Shown: positions 50,252 through 64,000 of the stretch, in pieces
How the letters are laid out: the number at the start of each line of letters is the position of its first letter
Numbering within the stretch: the stretch's first letter is position 1
Origin: the human T2T-CHM13v2.0 reference genome, Homo sapiens
Direction: 5' to 3'
DNA: 64,000 nucleotides
Assembly: GCA_009914755.4 (NCBI GenBank)
Contig: CP068257.2
Coordinates: 30,688,001-30,752,000, forward strand
Program-made: the position numbers and the translations under genes
Notes under the pieces: generated by a model
Told to the model about the DNA's origin: nothing
What the model saw: the letters and a program-made list of their open reading frames with translations, nothing else
The model's database searches: none

Positions 50252-50447
50252 CTTGTTTAGTAGTTTGATATTATTTAACCAAGTAGACTTCGCTCGTGGG
50301 ATAAAGGAAAACGTTACTTCCTTGAAGTATTTGTTCAGTAAGTCCGGGCACACTTTGAGGATGTTTACCACAAGGTCAGCCACCAGATCATCATCAGCTG
50401 CAGTTTTCAAACCCAGCAAGAAGTGCAAGAGTGTCAGGTTTCCGCCT
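50252..50447 (-). CDS. Coding exon: (R)GGNLTLLHFLLGLKTAADDDLVADLVVNILKVCPDLLNKYFKEVTFSFIPRAKSTWLNNIKLLNK
   Basis: Acceptor tgtctttctctaacag|A (AG 50448-50449) and donor AACAAG|gtaaaaaac (GT 50250-50251). 196 nt (minus ORF 50150-50464). Confidence 0.85.
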
Positions 50448-50793
50448 CTGTTAGAGAAAGACACATGGGGAGAGGTCAGCAGAAAATGGTCAAAGCACCC
50501 TGAGAGCTCATGGTGACGTGCAGCTCTGCAGAATTGCCCTCAGTGAACACAGCAATAACAACGTAGGGAATTTCCCCCAGGACGTAAAGTGGGGGTTCCG
50601 TGGCCTGGGGGTTCCAGCTCTCCACAGAGGGCTTCCCTCTCATCCTCTACTTCTGAGTGGCTGAAAAAGTCTCTGATTGTCCTGCGATATTTCTTCTTTC
50701 CTACTTCCCTCCCTTGAGTTCAATTTGCTTTCTAAAGAAAAGGAAGAAAACCATTTTCTCTCACTCTACCTCAGCCACCTACCAGTCTGCCTA

Positions 50794-51224
<431 letters not shown>

Positions 51225-51275
51225 CAGCACTATGTAAATACATATGTGAGTGTGAGTGTAAAAAAATGCAGATAA

Positions 51276-51850
<575 letters not shown>

Positions 51851-54357
51851 AAGAAGCAGGAAAGTCTGCAGAGACTAAAACTTGCATAAAGGGAGTAAAA
51901 CCCCAGGATCCACACAGCCAAAGCCCCAGGACACTAGGCTTCACCTGCCTCAAAGTCTTTTTAGAAAATATGCCCTTTCCTATCTGCTTGACCCTGTGAA
52001 GTCAAAACATCCAGAAAATCCTCAGACTCTGCCTCATGTGCACGACACAGTGATGGTTTCTAGGGTCCCCGGTGTCTCACATCCCCCTTATAAATTGAGT
52101 AAAACTACAATGCTATATGAGAGCTTTACATATAGTAAAAAAAGTTTTTTAAAAACCAAATTAGAAAGTATAATTTTGATCAGAAAAACTATCCTTTAAA
52201 AAAGGACATGAAAATATCCTTTCCTAATATGAAAATGTCATGAACAAAATAGTTTGTACTGTCAAATGAAAAGGATATTAAATCTACAAAGAGTGCTAAA
52301 AATACTACACATGCTTTATTTTAATCAACAACGTAATAAAATGGAGAGCATTAATATTTATGTAGTGCACAACACATGCCAGACACTGCTCTAAGCAGTT
52401 ACCACCACGTCTCTGCGACAGGCACTACTTTTATTCCCACTTTATAGACAAGATAATGGAGGCAGAGAGGATGCCTAACCCAGTGAAGGTCTCAGAGCTA
52501 AGTTGGGATTGAAGCCCAGCTGTCTGCTCTGTTAACCTATACCAGGGACTGGCAAAGTAGGGCCCAGCACCTATCAATGTAATTTGATTGGGACACAGGT
52601 AAACCTACTTATTTACATCTATGGATGCTTTGCTGGCACAACTCAGTGGTCACAACAGACTGTGTAGGCTGCCAAGCCCAAAATACAATCTGGCCCTTTG
52701 TAGAAAAGTTTGCCAATCCTTGCTCTATGCTCTAACACCAGCTTTCAGTGAACACCTACTATGTGCCAGGCACTGTCCTAGGGACTGGAGGCCCATAATA
52801 GACCGGCGCCCGTTCTCACCACTTCTCACCAATCTGATAATGAACAAGCAAATAAATAAATCAGCAAATAAATGTATGAACAGTCAGAAGCCTAAGCCAG
52901 GCAAAAAGCACAGTGACAGTGGAGGGACTATTTCAGAAAGGGCTGTCCGGGAAGGCCTCCCTGAAGTGGTGAGGTCTGCACAGGAACCTGAATGAAATGA
53001 ATGAGTGGGCCACGTGTCTACTGGGGAACAGGGAACGATGCAATTCAGTGTTCTCAAAGCTTTCTATCACCATCCACAAACAAATCTCCTTCCTTTCCCT
53101 TATGCACAAACACTTGTCTTTTGCCCATGGCTTCAAAATTCACATAAATCACAGCTTGCTGCAAAGAGACACACACCCACAAGTTGATTCAATATGCTCA
53201 TTAAATGCTCATCTATTTCATGGGCCTCGTTATGGAGGAAAAATGCTTTAAAAAGGGGGAACAATGCATGTGTTTTAAGCATGGTGTAATATTCTATTCG
53301 ACTATAAAAGTCTGCTGTTATGTTTTGGCAGGAAAATGAGCTCATTCTTACTGATGAAAGAAAAAAGAAATGATGTGACAAGTTAAATCACAGTGACCTC
53401 AGAATCAAAACACGTCCAAAGTCATAAGCAGACAGAAAAACTCCCACCATGTTATTCCATTCTGAAGGAATCACCTGATTTCCTGACTGGCTGAAATTAG
53501 AAGTAAATCAAACTGCCTAAATCCTTGTGATATAATGCTAGGATAGAATAACAAGGATTAAACAATAAATCATTTACACATTTACAATGACAAGAAAACA
53601 TGGCCAATATTTTTATTGTCAAGTGGGAAAAAAGCAGATAGGATGAACAGTAGTAAGCCATTTTTGTTATTAAAAAAAAAATCACATGGACCTGTATTAT
53701 ACGATTACAAAAAGAAAGTCTTAAAGAATATGATCAAAACCAGTAGATTTGAACTTAATATGTTTCCTTACTGATGAAATGTTACCACAATTGTGAAATG
53801 TGAAACAAAATGTTAAAAAAAAAAACAATTTTGAAATCGTGACTCATGGGCAGCCTGTCAAGGAGAGGGAGGACTGTTTTAGTATCAGTTTGGAGCTGGA
53901 CTTCCTGGATTCCAGTGCAACCTCTGCCATTTAACCAGTGTAAGTGTCTCGACCTCTCTAGAACTACTTTCTTCCTCTGCAAAGCTGGCATAACAATGGT
54001 ACCTGCGTCAGGACTGCTGTGAGGCCCATGTCAGGGCCAACCCTCTCTGGCAAGGCAGACGCCTTTTCTGAGCTCCAGCTGACGAACACTGTCTTTAGGT
54101 AAACATCCGCAGCACCTCCCTGGGTGAAATATCCCATGACCTAACTAAGTGCTAATAGACAGCTACCCTCAGAACTGCCCCTGAGGACATGCAACAAGGA
54201 GAAGTTCTCTGGGACTACAACTGTTCAACCCTGAAACGAGTTAGATAATGTCCACAATTCTAGTTCTAACCTACTACAGTTCCACTAGACACTCACATAT
54301 GTGGTGACTTCTGAGGAACATACACACCCTGGGGTCCACAAGAGTGTTATACTTTAC

Positions 54358-54482
54358 CTGCCAAAGGTACCCAAAGATGCATCGTAAAAATTAATTCCAT
54401 GCTTGAGTGAACAGCAAAGATCCATCAGGAAGTTATGAACAAGCTCCCGCACCATGGTTTTCCCTGCTTCTTCGGCAGAAAC
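54358..54482 (-). CDS. Coding exon: VSAEEAGKTMVRELVHNFLMDLCCSLKHGINFYDASLGTFG
   Basis: Not in the ORF track. Acceptor aatcttcatag|GTTTCT (AG 54483-54484) and strong donor GGCAG|gtaaagt (GT 54356-54357). 125 nt, unique open frame, phase 0 start and phase 2 end, which matches exon 50252-50447. Confidence 0.75.
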
Positions 54483-55497
54483 CTATGAAGATTTTTTAAA
54501 AATTCAATGAAAATCCCAAGCTCATACACTTTAGTAAGAGCTAGAGTAAAAACAAGGACAATATTAACTGCCGATGACAATTTAGAAAACATTTTAAATA
54601 CTTGGTGTCATTCCAAACAATAAATGAAAACAACAACAAAAAGATACACCGATCAAGATAAAAGAATACTCTGAAGAGGGGCAAGTTTAAACCTGTATTT
54701 TTAAAAGCTTTAAAGTGATCTAATTTCTCTTGTTCATTTGAATAAAATTCCATATTTGGGAGTGTTTTTATGCAGCCTCTGAGGCTTGCTGGTCTAGAGC
54801 ATACAAAAACATGTTCAAAACAAGAGGACCTGGGCAAGTCTCCAAGATAAAAGGAGGTGAAATATTAGGCTCTTGAGAGGTGAATTATTATAACGTTAAC
54901 AGGAAGTCTGTGCCTTTACTACTCTGGCCAAGTCCATGTTCAGTAACACCCTGAAGAAAATTAAAATATACACTGGCATTGGGTCGATGTTAAGAGCAGC
55001 TGTTTCAATTTAGCACGAGTTAACTAGCACAAAATAAATTATATATGTCAGTAGGTGAGGCTCCTAGACATTCAGGATCCTGAGGTTAAAAACAAACAAA
55101 CAAACAAAAAACACACAACAAGCCTTGAAACTCCAACAACTGGACATGAAAGAATGGAAGGATGGGAAGGCAGAGGTAAAGCAAGAGGAAAAGATGGCCG
55201 GGATGACCCTGCAGGTCTAACAGGCAAGTGCTGCAGGGAAAACTAAGATATGGCTCAGCCCAAGGAAATCATAGTTTTCTAATTAAAAAAAAAAATTATT
55301 AGCATGATTAAGAAATTAGGGGAAAAAAATCCTATTGCAGTTAGCAGAGGGTTAATACAACCATATAACCACAGTCAAAAGAAACAGATCAAATGAGGGG
55401 ACTTCAAGTCTGGTGCGGTGTTGAGAATTCTCCCTCTCCCAACCCTGAGGATCAAATTCCAACAACGAGGTCAACGAAAACCAAAAAGTGTCTGCAC

Positions 55498-55623
55498 CTT
55501 GACATTTTCTGGGTTCACATCGGTAATCCCATTCCAGTTGTACAGCGATGCTATGTGGTTCAATAACTGCCCCGTAAAGAAACGCACCTTCTGGGTTTTT
55601 GTGATATTTTTATTGTGAACTAC
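55498..55623 (-). CDS. Coding exon: VVHNKNITKTQKVRFFTGQLLNHIASLYNWNGITDVNPENVK
   Basis: Not in the ORF track. Acceptor ttttattattgtttcag|GTAGTT (AG 55624-55625) and donor GTCAAG|gtgcag (GT 55496-55497). 126 nt, phase 0 to phase 0. Confidence 0.75.
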
Positions 55624-56486
55624 CTGAAACAATAATAAAACAAATTATTAAAAAACAAATTATGAAAAAGTTCATGGAATTCAATTATTTTTTAAATGGT
55701 GCTTACTGTTTTCTCATCATTATAAAAATAATGCTTGCTAGTGGCAGAAAATTTGGTTTAAAAAAAGGAAAAACATAAAGGGAAATTCACCAATATTCCC
55801 AACCATCCTAGGATATCGTTACTATTTTGATATATTTCCTTTCAGTCACCACCCACACCCACACAATATACATGTGTATGTATTCATTATTTTTTGCCTG
55901 AGATTTTATTTATATATGATTACTTATGAAGCATAAGCCTTTTCCACGTCATTAAACATCCCTTTAGAACATTTTGGGGGGCTAAATACCATTCTATCCT
56001 ATGAGTGGACCACAACTTATCTAACCATTCCCCTGGTGTTTACAATTAGTTGTTTCTAAATTCTGGCTATTCTCCATAAAGCTGTGATTAGCATCCTTGA
56101 ACATAGTCTTCATTGCATCTGACTTTGGACTTGACACTGGTTCCTGCAAGTAGAATTGTGGCACAAATTCTCAGCTCCACCCAAACCTAACCCCAGAATC
56201 CCTATGGGTGTGGCCCAGGTATATATATTTCAGATACATTCCCCTAGAGGTTCTGATGCAACTCCCCCAGTTCAGAACAACCATACGTCACGGTCCATGA
56301 ACATATTTAAGACCTCTGACACATCCTGTCAGAACTGTTATCTTCCACAGGGGATACAACACTTCCTCCTCAAGAAAGTATCTGATTCAAAGCATCCTTG
56401 CTAGCACTGAACACCATTGTTTTTAAAAGTCAATGCTATTTTAGTAGGCAAAAAAATCTGTATGTCATTATTTGCTTTACTTTAAA

Positions 56487-56700
56487 TTAGGGTTTCTCAA
56501 CCTCAGCTCTATTGACACTTGGGGCCAGGTAATTGTTATGGGGGCCATCCTGGGCATTACAGGATGTTCGGCAGCATCCCTGCTGTCTCCCCACTAGGCA
56601 CCAGTTGTACCTCCCCAGTTGTGACAATGCAAAATGTCTTCAGAGATTGACAAATGTCCCGTAGAAGGCAAAATTGCCCCCATTTGAGAATCACTCTTTA
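56487..56700 (+). mobile_element. MER-type DNA-transposon (MITE-like) fragment, homologous to the copy at 26826-27010
   Basis: agggtttctcaacctcagctctattgacacttggggccaggtaattgttatgggggccatcctgggcattacaggatgttcggcagcatccctg ... ccccagttgtgacaatgcaaaatgtcttcagagattgacaaatgtcccgtagaaggcaaaattgcccccatttgagaatcactc. Confidence 0.55.
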
Positions 56701-57248
56701 AAATACTTCGAAAATAAAGTCCTTTCATGCTTATTAGCCATTTTCATGTGGACTCTGGACAACTTGTCATGTTGGGAGGGTCATAGTTTTTCTTACTGAT
56801 GATTTAAAGTGTTTCTGTATTAAAGGCAGTGATCTTTTTAGCAAGTTTTAAAATATCAATAAGATGCTTGCAAAAGGCAGAATATGGAACATGACACAGA
56901 ACAACATTTTGCTAGATATGTGAATGAAGTATTATTTATAATTTACAGCTCACAATGATTACTTTGGGTTGCTGTGAAATGTTGACCAGCAGCTTTTCTG
57001 CTGCTGTAATAAAACAGCAGCCATGTCTGGACATCACTGGCTGCTTCAGCTATTCTTTAACCTTCTAGTCCCAGGATATGCTCATCAACAAGAACAAGTT
57101 TCTGCTTAGGGAAGAGTTTTCCACTCAACCAATACAACAATCTATGTAAGATAAGATGTTGTAGCTCTACAGTCCTGTAAAACACCGGAGAATATCTCCA
57201 TTCCCAAGGGAAAACAGACAACAGAAACGCGGATCACCAAGCACATAC

Positions 57249-57312
57249 CTTTGTTTTCAGTGTGGATAATAAAATATTGATGGTAGAGATCCTATCTTCC
57301 TTTATCCCTGAG
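57249..57312 (-). CDS. Candidate short coding exon: (H?)SGIKEDRISTINILLSTLKTK
   Basis: Strong acceptor tttattccttgcatttttag|CTCAGGG (AG 57313-57314) and donor ACAAAG|gtatgtgc (GT 57247-57248). 64 nt, unique open frame, ends in phase 0 as exon 55498-55623 requires. Its upstream partner is unresolved. Confidence 0.45.
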
Positions 57313-57464
57313 CTAAAAATGCAAGGAATAAATTCTGAAAGTAAAAGTTTCAAAGCATTAAATTCAAAAATATTTTGAAAATGAGAATAGACGAGAGAAT
57401 ATTACTGTTTAGGTGGTACAGCAAACAATGCCATTTACTTTTTCAAGTTTTTTTTTTTTAACTA

Positions 57465-57836
<372 letters not shown>

Positions 57837-58438
57837 GGAAGAAAGAAAAGAAATCAAGAGCACCTACAAGCGAACCAATGACAGAACTTTTTAAGAAGTT
57901 CAGTAGGTCTTTAGTTCCATTTTACTTTTCTTTTCTCATATTAAAATTAACTAAATACTATTTGAAAGAGAATGTACGGTATAACAAACTAATACAATTT
58001 CTCTCTTGCTTAGACTTGCTGAGATGTGTTTAAAGAGATGGTCATGATTTTTTAAGTTGGCAGTAGAATTTTGGGTGATTTAGTTTGTTTACTTTTTGCT
58101 TTCTCTTCCTACTTTTCAATCCCCAAGGAAATGGCCACCAGAGCTTGACACTGTTATCATTATTAATGCAGTAGTGACAGTGGGCAGAAGCAGCAAAACA
58201 ATTACAAATTTCCTTGCTCCACACATGCTTACTGGGCACACAGAATTTCTACAAAAGCAAATTCATTATTTGTGAAAAAGGAAAAATCAGAAAATACCAG
58301 ACAAACCAAAAGAATAAGTCAAAGCTTCAGTACCGAGAAGTTAACACTGTTAACATCATCTGAGTTAACTATTACCCTTCTGATGTATTCATGCTACTCT
58401 ATTTGAGTAAAATGAGATCATACTTTATAGTTTTATAG

Positions 58439-58825
<387 letters not shown>

Positions 58826-60295
58826 TAATCGCTGCATTCCATCTTATGACCAGTCCCCAATTTGCTCAGCCAATCCCTTACTGGTGGATAGTTAGAAGAC
58901 CCATTTCCAGCTAATATAAATATTATTCCCTAACAAAACCTCTACTCACATCTTTAATTATTTCACTGGGATAAATGACTAGACATGGAATTGCAGGATC
59001 AAGTATCTTAAAAGTTTTTTTATCTTTTTTCTTTATCTATTGTGCAACCCACTTCAGTGCCAGCAGCCTACGGGCACAGAGGCCAGGCAATGGTTCAGGG
59101 CTACAGTTTGCTCTGGCATGGGGTACTATGAGAGGTCCAGGGGGACGGGCCCATCATAAATCCAAACCCATGCATAAGCACCTTAAAAGTTTTGATGTGT
59201 ACAGCCAAACTTCCCAGCAGAAACATTAAACTGTAGTATGTTCCAGCCCCCTTCAACAGTGTAAATGGTACCAACTGTCACTGAATAAAAGGCCAGACAG
59301 CTGAAATGGCCCACGGGAATTTGAAGAAACTACTGGCCCTGGCAGCAGCAAGATATCCTGAACCTAGTGCCTGGTAACAAGTAGGAAAAAAAAAAATCTG
59401 TCCGCTGCATTATGCAGAGACCACATCTCCACTCTCATGCTGCTCCACCACAGCAGCAATAGAGCGCCCCACACAGACCAGGCTGACCACATACAGGGTG
59501 ACCGCCACCTGCACTCTCCTCCTAAATCGTCCCGGCAGTCACGTTCCAGGGGCAGTCCAGATCTCCCATCCTGGGAGGGAGAAGAAGGGCTGGAGACCCA
59601 AACACCCTGAGTACAGCACCCTGCTACTCCTCCTCAATAACTCCCAGAGTTCCGGCCAGGACATGGGACTGCTCCTCACCTCCAGACAGGCCAGGATTCC
59701 AGGGAATCTTACCGAGCAACTGCCATGTGCTGAGCTAAGTGCTGCCATTTATCATCTTAGTGAATCTCTTGATAAAATGCAAGGGGCCCTGGCAGATTAA
59801 ATGATGCCAAGCCTCACTCTAGGGACACAGCCACCAAAAGGTGGTCAAGTTGGAATTCTCTGAAGCCCTGTTACTGATGTTCTCGTAACACAGGTCTAAG
59901 CCACCAAAGAAACTAACTTTGTTTTTTAAAACGACATCTCCCAAGGAAATCCAGGTAGCCAAGGCTATGAGTCTGAGTAGGTTCCATAGCCATAAAGCCT
60001 CCTTTGTTTGCCCGACTCTGCCTCTCTGAAGTCTGCATTTATCCTCTGTGACGGCATTGTTCAGCATTCCAGACGGCATAACAGGAACAACTCTGTTCAC
60101 TCTTGACCAGTGATATCAAAATGGTACTGACCAAGGCTTTGCACCCGCTCACCCACCTCCCTGCCCCACATCCTTCAATCTGGTGTACACAGCAACTGCA
60201 AAGGCTGCAGACTTTTTTTGAACTTGGAAGAAACGGTTTGCAGTAGGTTTTTCAAAACAAATGGGCTTTCCTAACGGACAAGGGAGTACACCTAC

Positions 60296-60392
60296 CTTTC
60301 ACTTCCAACACCTGCACTATAGTGCTGTCATCACCCGCAATTAAAAAGGAGAGAGCAAACTGAACGTAGGCCTGCCGAACGTCGTACACTCC
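60296..60392 (-). CDS. Coding exon: GVYDVRQAYVQFALSFLIAGDDSTIVQVLEVK
   Basis: Not in the ORF track. Acceptor gtaggtctcctttgtcctctag|GGAGTG (AG 60393-60394) and donor GTGAAAG|gtaggtgtac (GT 60294-60295). 97 nt, unique open frame, phase 0 start and phase 1 end. Confidence 0.7.
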
Positions 60393-61417
60393 CTAGAGGA
60401 CAAAGGAGACCTACATGTCACATGCATATTCCACATACAGCCAAAGGAATCAGCAACACAGTGGCCAAGCACACCCCTCCCGTCTCAACATCACCAGCCC
60501 CCCAGCCTTGTCCCCAGTCACCAGGGGATGCAAGTCTGAAACCAATGCTCATTCTCCATGGAAAGTAAAAAATTTTTTCCGTTCTCTTTCCCCGGTAATC
60601 TTCTCTACTTTCCTTCTCTTTCAAGCCCTATTCTCAATACAAAAGTATGGGTAAAAAATAGTAGTGTTCCCTTCCCTGACTATAACACATACATTTTCGT
60701 TTCTTGGCCACTTTGGTGTAGAGCAAGACTCTCAGCCTGCCTAGATCCATCTCCTCTCGCTTGCTGATGAAAATAATCTATGTTTTTGAAAATCCAGAGA
60801 TGATGAAATGGCTGGTACTGCTTTTGGTGAGACACCAATGTGGTGATGTCTGGTTTTTATGAGATATTATAAATAACTTATTAGCTCATACCACAAACCA
60901 AAGCACAGATGCTGTCACGTTACTAACCCTGTTAGGCCTTCCCAGGGTTGTAGCCAGCACTGTCCACATGCATCAGCCACCAACCAGGGCACTGGGCACG
61001 TTTGGGGAGGGCCCCAACACCGTGACAGCAGCCAGTGCCTCTAGGGAAGCCGCTGATCAGCTTCCCCTCCCAGTATCATTAAGACAAAGCTGTGTCACAT
61101 CACTCCTCGTTTTGTATCTAAGGAACTCAAGGCATGTGGTCATGTCAGTCTCTCATCAGCTGTTCCAGAACTAGCAGGTGTGCCTGGATCCTCCATTGCT
61201 TACACCCAGCACTATTCTCTACTTCACAGTTACTCCAAAGATACCTTCATTCACTGCCAAGAAATAAGTTAATATCACAACAAGTCACTGCCCCAAAATG
61301 CCTGGGAAAATTAAGGAGTAATCTCTGCCTTCCAGATAGTTCTGTTCCACTTAGTAGTAGCAGGAGAGGTGGTGGCAGTAGTAGTGATGATGATGAGGAG
61401 GAGGAGGAGAACAATGT

Positions 61418-61558
61418 TTACAGAGCACTTACTATGTGCCAGGCACTGTATCAAATGCTGCACATCCGTGATCTCATTTACTCCTCATAACAGCCTGAGG
61501 GAGAGATGCCCACACCACACCCATTTTACAGATGAGAAAACTGAGGGTTCAAAAATTC
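61418..61558 (-). mobile_element. MIR SINE fragment, truncated by the adjacent Alu insertion
   Basis: tttacagagcacttactatgtgccaggcactgtatcaaatgctgcacatccgtgatctcatttactcctcataacagcctgagggagagatgcccacaccacacccattttacagatgagaaaactgagggttcaaaaattcag. Confidence 0.7.
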
Positions 61559-61844
61559 AGCCGGACACGGTGGCTCATGCCTATAATCCCAGCACATTGG
61601 GAGGCCAAGGAGGGTGGATCACTTGAGGTTAGGAGTTCGAAACCAACCCGGCCAACATGGTGAAACCCTGTCTCTACTAAAAATACAAAAATTAGCTGGG
61701 TATGGTGGTAGGCGCCTATAATCCCAGCTACTCGGGAGGCTGAGACTTAAGCCCGGGAGGCAGAGGTTGCAGTGAGCAGAGATCACGCCACTGCACTCCA
61801 ACCTGGGCGACAGAGCGAGACTCCATCTCAAAAAAAAAAAAAAA
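61559..61844 (+). mobile_element. Alu SINE inserted into or abutting a MIR
   Basis: ccggacacggtggctcatgcctataatcccagcacattgggaggccaaggagggtggatcacttgaggttaggagttcgaaaccaacccggccaacatggtgaaaccctgtctc ... poly-A. Confidence 0.9.
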
Positions 61845-62830
61845 TTTCACTCGAGGTCACACAGCTAATTAAGTACCAGAACTGAGATAAGAAGTAATTG
61901 TACAAACATACGACTTATGTTCAACTACAGAGAAGTTCTTCCTTCTTCACAAGATTCTGTGGCATTTTCCATTTTCATTTCACTTTTTCTCAGGGTGCAA
62001 GGACCATACTTGGCATCAGTTAGGTCTCTGTGCAAGTCTTTAATTAATTCCATCTTATTTTGTTGGGTCTATGTTTCTTCTGGAGAAAAGGAAGGCTATC
62101 CAACCCATGCTCCCTAATATGTGGATCAAGGCCTTGCACACTCATTACATTTATTGAGTTTATCCCCATCCATGTCACACAGCATCTCAGCAAGACCTTA
62201 TTACACCAATGTGAGTTTCTTCCAAAACTGAGACCTTCAAACTATCCTCTCTGTTCTGAGGACCTATCTGTGTGTCTCATCACAATAAGGAGTTTGCATC
62301 CAATGATCACTGGTGCTGAGAATGTGCAGCACTTCCATAGTGTCAGCAACACTCCAGTGCCTTAACCCACCAATTCAGTTTTTATGAAACACTCATTCCA
62401 TTCAAGATGCCATCATCTCAGGCCAAGAGAGGGTGCAAAGTTTACCAAGATGTTGTCCCTGTCCTCAGGAAGCTTAAGCTGCTCCCAAGCCATCTCTATG
62501 CCTCATTGTTCAAATAAACATACCATCTAATTCAAGCAGTTAATTTTCTTGATCTACACACACCTTGTGTTCCAGATGAATGCTGGTAAAATGCTAAAAC
62601 TTGCCTGGCAAAATTAAATTAAGTTCTGTCTTTTCCCTGCTAGTGGAAAGTTCCTGTGCTTTTATTTTGTGTCCACTGAAGTAACAGTACTGGGAGTCAG
62701 GGCCCTGGAATGCTGGTCCAGGTTTTCTGCCATTCTACATCTTTCTATCCTGCTGGTACACAGCAGAACTAGACCTCCTGTGGGTCCCTCCAGCAATGAA
62801 TTTATAAATGAAAAGGGATTTAGTTATCAC

Positions 62831-62878
62831 CTCCTGGCTTCCATCTTTTATATCCCAGACAACTCCAAATTTCACGTC
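62831..62878 (-). CDS. Candidate short coding exon: DVKFGVVWDIKDGSQE
   Basis: Acceptor ccagttcctccatcatgtcag|GACGTG (AG 62879-62880) and donor CCAGGAG|gtgataac (GT 62829-62830). 48 nt, phase 0 to phase 0 in the frame that fits exon 60296-60392. A second frame is also open, so this is weaker. Confidence 0.35.
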
Positions 62879-64000
62879 CTGACATGATGGAGGAACTGGG
62901 TAAGATCCCCGGGACACAGCAGCTGCCCACTCTAGGCTCTAGGCTCTGCCACTGTCGTGGCCCCCTGGGGCTCCATCCTCTGTTTCCAGTCCTCTCCATC
63001 AAAGGCGTCCCACTCCTACTGCAAGTGGACCACATGCCTGCTCTTCATTCCCACCCTGTGACCTCACAGGGTTATTATTCCAGGAAGAAAACGTCCTGAA
63101 CTCTTCAGGGCTTGTTCTGCAAAACACTGTCTAAAACAGACCAAAATACACTTGGTAAAACTGCTCTTTGGCACAGGATTTTAACAATGCTTTCTTTGGC
63201 TGGATGAATATTATCTATAACCCTCCTTCTTCATGACGCTTTAATAATTTCCTCCAAAATGTTAACATATATTCATTAAAAAAAAAAAAAAAATCCCTGC
63301 CAGCACTTCAACAACTAAATAGCATTTAAAAAAAAAAAGCAGGGGATGGCATGAGGGAGAAAAACTCAAAGACGCAAAAGGGATCAAAGATATTTAAGAA
63401 ACATATCAACCAAATGCAATGTGGACTTTGTTTGGATCCCGATCTGAATCACAAAGTGTAAAAACATTTTTGAGACGGAAAAAACCTGAGACCAAACTGA
63501 GTAATAGATGATAGTGAGAAATTATTAATGTGTTAGGCGTGATAATGGCACTGTGGTTTCTGTTCTTTAAAAGGTCTTTTTCTGTTAGAGTACATGCTGA
63601 AATATTTATAGTGAAATATGATTCACGTCTGGGATTTGCTATAATCGACTGCCCCAGAGGAAACTGAAAAGGTGGAGGGTGGGGACAGTGGCTGAAGCTG
63701 GACAGCTGGTACAGGGGTTCCTCACGCTGCTCTATTTTTAAATGTTCCTAACAGTTCCTTATTAAATGTAATGTCTCAACTCCATTTCCTATAACATATA
63801 AGATATCTAAGATACTTATTACAGATTACACAATGAAAGTAAAAACACTTTCAACTTGACTGTAACTCCCATTTTACAGATCCTGGAGAGGTAAAATAAT
63901 GTGCCCTGAGACCCTGAGATGAAACGGCTTGTGTGTGGCCCTGCAGCCGGGGTTCAGGACGGGAAGCCCTTTCCCACGCTGTCTGGGCTCCTAAAGTCTA

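Overview
This window is human (primate) nuclear genomic DNA, not a prokaryotic or viral locus. The evidence is about 45 Alu SINEs or Alu fragments with standard Alu sequence and poly-A tails, old L1 fragments, MaLR/THE1-type solo LTRs, MIR SINEs, and GT-AG introns flanking short coding blocks. I found no CRISPR arrays, operons, rRNA or tRNA genes.

The dominant feature is a single large minus-strand gene that runs off both ends of the window. I reconstructed about 33 coding exons by hand from splice signals, open reading frames and codon-phase continuity between neighbouring exons. The phases chain without a break from the exon at 55498-55623 down to the exon at 975-1172. Three further exons lie 5' of that (57249-57312, 60296-60392, 62831-62878), linked only tentatively, plus a candidate terminal coding exon at 400-511 and a speculative 16-nt micro-exon. 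Together they give about 5.4 kb of coding sequence, roughly 1,800 aa, of a leucine-rich, mostly alpha-helical (HEAT/ARM-like) protein. Its most striking exon is an 856-bp internal exon at 28788-29643.

The exon count, the size and the 856-bp exon are compatible with the ribosome-biogenesis gene URB1 on chr21q22. I cannot confirm that from memory, so gene_symbol is left blank throughout.

Everything between the exons is typical repeat-rich intron. This includes nested and reordered L1/LTR/Alu insertions, several Alus with intact target-site duplications, a (GAAA)n microsatellite abutting a splice acceptor, a 47-bp VNTR and a perfect 66-bp tandem duplication. I see no hidden or novel biological system. 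The points most worth a second look are splice-related: competing acceptors, frame-breaking candidate cassette exons, the micro-exon, and the microsatellite that doubles as a polypyrimidine tract.
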